DNA from: an uncultured Chloroflexia bacterium
Lineage (GTDB): Bacteria > Chloroflexota > UBA6077 > JACCZL01
Direction: 5' to 3'
Assembly (NCBI GenBank): GCA_963765765.1
Contig: CAVXYC010000027.1
Span: 32,001 to 96,000 of the forward strand
Length of the DNA: 64,000 bases
The notes beneath the pieces are model-generated. The model saw nothing but the letters and a program-made list of their open reading frames with translations, had not been told where the DNA came from and did no database searches. The position numbers and the translations under genes were made by a program. Below are positions 62,194 to 64,000 of this stretch, in pieces (the stretch's first letter is position 1; each line of letters starts with the position of its first letter).

Positions 62194-62950
62194 ATGCCGC
62201 CAGCTGAAGTTATCGCGCTCACGGACGAGATTCACGCACGGATCGAGCAGGGCGAATTCGCCGGGCTGGGCCCGATCGCTGGTGGAGGGCGGGAAGTTCT
62301 CCCCGACGCGGAGGTGGTCGCCCGGATCCTGCTCGCCGACGTCGAGGATTGGACGGAACGCGAGTCACTGGGATCACGTCAGCCCCCCGCAGTGGAACCA
62401 CCTCACCGCGCAGCTCCGCGCCTTCCTGCGTGAAGTGGAGCACTTTCGCGGCGCGCACGGCGGTGAACTCGAGTCCCGGCCGGTCGAGGCGGCTTCCCGC
62501 TCCATCATCCAGCGGTTCGAGCTGGCGCTCCAGCGATCGCCGATCGTCGTCTACAGTCAGGACACGGAGCTGCGCTACACCTGGGTCTACAACCCGCACC
62601 CGGATTTCGATGCCCGAGAGCATCATCGGCACGACGGACGCGGCGTTCTACCAGCCGGACGAGCTGGAGCGGCTACAGGGCATCAAGCGGCGCGTCATGG
62701 ATACGGGCGTGGGGACCCGGGAAACGATCTCGCGACCCTGCATGGCACGCCCACGTACTATGACCTGACGGTCGAACCGCTGTACGACGCACACGGCGTG
62801 ATCATCGGCGTGACCGGCGCGGCAACGGACATCACGGCCCTCATGCGCACCGAGCAGGCGCTGGCCCGGAGCGAGGCCCAGCTCAACGAGGCGCGGCGGA
62901 TCGCGCAGATCGGCAGCTGGGAGTGGAACGCGGTCACCGAGCAGGTGACC
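62194..62950 (+). pseudogene. Unknown N-terminal domain plus PAS sensor protein, frameshifted and truncated
   Basis: GGAGG RBS; SPIVVYSQDTELRYTWVYNP, YYDLTVEPL...GVTGAATDIT, AQIGSWEW. Confidence 0.7.
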
Positions 62951-63061
62951 ATGCAGGACCTACTGGAGCTGCGGCGGCTGGCTGGCGATCCGCCACCGAG
63001 CGACGTGACCGGGTTTCCTGCTGAAGCGAGCGAGCGGACACCGGAATCAGCCGGAGCCACG

Positions 63062-63634
63062 ATGACAGGAAACGAATCGCGACAGCCCCCGGGGCGCCGA
63101 GCACGAAGCTACGCCCTCCAGCACTTCCATCGGATTTCATCCCGACGACCTCGGGTGCACGAGCGGCTGACGGAAGGCTGGGGGCGCCCCCTGATGCTCG
63201 TCTGCGCACCGGCCGGATTCGGGAAGACGATCGCTCTCGCCGGCTGGCTCCACGACGCTCGGCGGCCCTGGGTTTGGGTGAGCCTCGACGAGCTCGACAG
63301 TGACCTCGTCAGCTTTACCGGCGTGCTCGTCTCGGCGCTCGGCACTGTCATTCCGGATGCCGGACGCCAGGCGCTCGACCTTGTCGCGCAGACCGAGAGC
63401 CCTGCGCTCAGCCAGCTCAGCGCCCTCCTGGCCAGCGATCTCGCGGCGGTCGGCCATGAGCTGGTCATCGTGCTCGACGACTTCCACCTGATTCAAGAGG
63501 GGGCGATTCATGCGCTGCTATCGCTCCTCGTGCGCCGCCTGCCGCCCACGATCCAGCTGGTGATCGCCAGCCGCGAGGAGCCGCTGCTGCCGGTGGCCCT
63601 GACGCCAAAGCCCAGCCGGTTCACGAAGGGGTAA
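63062..63634 (+). pseudogene. MalT-like STAND regulator N-terminal NTPase fragment
   Basis: RPRVHERL, APAGFGKT, WVSLDELD, VLDDFHLI, LVIASREEP; stops long before full length. Confidence 0.78.
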
Positions 63635-64000
63635 AGATGGCAGAGTTGCGATTGGGATCCGATCGTGCGCTGCAACGTTTTCGTGCCGCTCTCGCGGCCG
63701 CTGAAGCGGCACCGACCGAAGCGTCCGTCGCTGCGCTCCACGAGGCAGCGCTTCTGCTGAAGAACGAGCTTCGCGCTGCGTACATGGCTGCCGGGCAGTC
63801 CGTACGGCAATGACCGTGCGGGCATGTACCGCTGGATCCGAGAGGTCATGGCGCGACGGGGCCTGGGACCTGATGAGATGCAGAGCGATGGCTCCATGGC
63901 GAACTAGGGCTTATAGCTCGGAAGGTGCCGTGCCGGCCGGTAGCCACGTCGTCACTCATAAACGATTGCCGTCTAAATGAAGAAGCGACAAGAAACTCGT

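Noticed and set aside
61727-63634. 635-aa ORF as a single real protein
   Set aside because: It is a patchwork of out-of-frame pieces of at least three genes (hypothetical, PAS protein, MalT-like) joined by frameshifts.

Overview
GC-rich bacterial chromosomal window, most consistent with a soil Chloroflexota. The basis is Tat/lipoprotein solute-binding proteins with Pro/Ala/Lys-rich linkers, expanded amidohydrolase_2 and COG2984 families, and leaderless promoters. The backbone holds uptake and catabolic genes for aromatic or N-heterocyclic compounds: ABC systems, a Rieske oxygenase, four amidohydrolases, an HpaBC-like monooxygenase inside an Opp-type operon, a creatininase, a cysteine hydrolase and an amidase. 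It also has a csoR-copA-copZ copper locus with an unusually extended CopA, cydAB, an M16 peptidase pair and a decayed regulatory region at the right end. Many genes carry frameshifts, which may be assembly indels or real decay. The most striking unexplained structure is a family of about 28-bp dif/Xer-like palindromic sites (consensus NGTTCCGATAA-CCCCCA-TTATCGGAACN), all in the same orientation. Five of them partition 13.97-19.27 kb into four modules of about 1.3 kb, each holding exactly one COG2984 binding-protein paralog. Three more lie at 52.3-56.2 kb, and two of these bracket a cydAB module. This looks like a chromosomal recombinase-site-delimited gene-cassette system. No catalytic recombinase is in the window, only a stand-alone integrase N-terminal domain.
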